Source: Phoronis australis
Lineage: Eukaryota > Animalia > Phoronida
Assembly: GCA_002633005.1 (NCBI GenBank)
Contig: NMRA01000063.1
Location: forward strand, 1,144,457-1,208,456
DNA: 64,000 bases
Direction: 5' to 3'
Numbering within the stretch: position 1 is the first letter of the stretch; every line of letters begins with the position of its first letter. Below, in pieces: positions 62,300 through 64,000 of this stretch. The notes under the pieces were generated by a model that made no database searches, had not been told where the DNA came from, and worked only from the letters and a program-made list of their open reading frames with translations. The translations under genes and the position numbers were made by a program.

Positions 62300-63096
62300 G
62301 GTAATTGTTTACAATATGACGACATTGACCTACACACATGATTTTGGTATCATTCGATTCCTCGCAATGTTATCTTTCCAAAAAATATATGAACGTATCC
62401 CTTACCGCGTTTTCTCCATATTTTATAGTCAAATTTTGGTTCGCACTATTTCCTGGTTGACACCGCCATGTTAGCTCAACTCAAGATTACAGCGACACCT
62501 GTTGTTCATGAATGAAACAGCATCATCGATTCTGAATGGTGTTTGTCCGTGTGAGATTCCTGCTAAAGCTTTCCTGACATAATATGGAGGAACAAGTAGC
62601 AGCATTTCACATTTTCCAATTATTTAAAATTGTGACCATTTGACCATTTTTCCACGAAATTGTCTGAAATGATACCCTTTTCACCAATTTGGACCTCAAA
62701 AACAACCTCCGCTTTTTTTCACGGATTGAGTCATCTAGCAGATGCATACCAGGGTCTCCATAGCAGGCATAGGGTCGAATTCGATCCCTTGGGACCATAA
62801 CTCAGGCACTGAGGGGATAGAAAGGTCTCGGTCAGTTTGAACATATGAAAAGTGACAATCTGCAGAAGTCGGTAGATTAGTCCAGTTTTTGACTGCCAGG
62901 GGACACCCTCCATTCAACATGGAGGTATTACTACCTAGTACCGCGAAATAGTGTGAGAAGAAAATTCATGATAAAATACTAAGGGAACGGGGTAGGAAAA
63001 ATTACTGTGAATTTTTTGAAAGATAACGTTGCAAGGAGTGGAACGACACCAAAATCATATGTGTAAGTCTATGTCGTCATATTGTAAACAATCACC
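62300..63096. mobile_element. MITE with about 80-bp imperfect terminal inverted repeats
   Basis: ggtaattgtttacaatatgacgacattgacctacac...atgttatctttccaaaaa is mirrored by tttttgaaagataacgttgc...atgtcgtcatattgtaaacaatcacc. Confidence 0.75.
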
Positions 63097-64000
63097 ATAT
63101 GGGATCATTTGAGACGGTGGTATACTTCCTATGTGTAATACCTCGCGTGATCGTCGGGACCCACCTCAGCTCCACTAATGACAATGTCAATGACTACGTC
63201 TGTGACTGCGTGACACCTCGCGGCAAGTCCTGAGTATTGAGTATAGGCAACACAAAAACTTAGCATACACTACAGAAAAGTTTTAGGTATTGAAGAAAAG
63301 AAGGCCACGCGCTCAGTCATTAAACTTAACTTAATTACCAGCTTACCACGGTAGATCAAGTCACCTTAAAAACTTATTTTCGATCATTGTGGAGATGCAC
63401 ATTCAAGCTCTGACATGTGTTGACCTTTTGACCTATTTTTGTTCTCGTAGCTCTTTTGTGGATCTGGTTTTGTGCTTACATATTTATTTTGATGTTATAA
63501 TTTTGATAAAATTGATAACTGCATTAACATTACCTCTAAATTGTTATTCAACGAATAATATGATAAAAAATGTTTCGGTATTTAGATAGTTACTGACATC
63601 TATCGGAAACTTATTAACGTTATGGCGGCAAAAATGAACTGTATCCAGTAGCTACGGAAGTATGGATTTCCTACGTCCTTACAGCAAGGTTCCTGAGCTT
63701 AATACTGCCAGTGTTTTGGTAAGTTATTTTTGAATAACAAAGAAAACAATTTTAGCTTAACGGTAAAGTTACTGGCGCAATCTTTCTGGGCCTGAAGCAA
63801 GCTTTCGATACTGTTAAAGGGGTGTACACATGATAGGGTAGGGACGTGACAAAAAATTTCAAATTCTTATTTAATAATTAAAAATGCATTGATTTAATAA
63901 AACATCAAAAACAGAGTCAAACAAAAAAAAAAATTAACAAAATCCATTAAGCCGTTGACTTTTTATGAACGTTTGAAGAGCGATAATTAGCCCTTTTTTT

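Overview
AT-rich, intron-rich animal genomic DNA, probably a marine invertebrate (the taxon cannot be fixed from sequence alone), with one assembly gap at 26575-27143. Two spliced genes lie tail-to-tail, and the ORF track catches only fragments of them. (1) On +, a 4-exon selenoprotein gene MSRB1 (SelR/SelX, 112 aa, CDS 12403-24171) has an in-frame TGA (Sec92, motif SRF-U-IF) at 21813. Its candidate SECIS at 24909-24982 has a non-canonical apical 'AC' and is preceded by an AATAAA about 20 nt upstream. (2) On -, a 16-coding-exon RRN3/TIF-IA gene (Pol I initiation factor, about 594 aa, CDS 58996-30800) includes a probable 36-nt micro-exon. The rest is mostly mobile DNA: many DINE-1/HINE-like (Helentron-associated) elements with internal tandem arrays; hAT-, Harbinger- and Kolobok-like non-autonomous elements with TIRs/TSDs; an inverted Penelope-like end pair with hammerhead-like motifs; a decayed YqaJ-exonuclease ORF; a truncated SGNH-hydrolase ORF; and about 10 minisatellites. 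All calls come from manual translation and recalled family motifs, with no database search.
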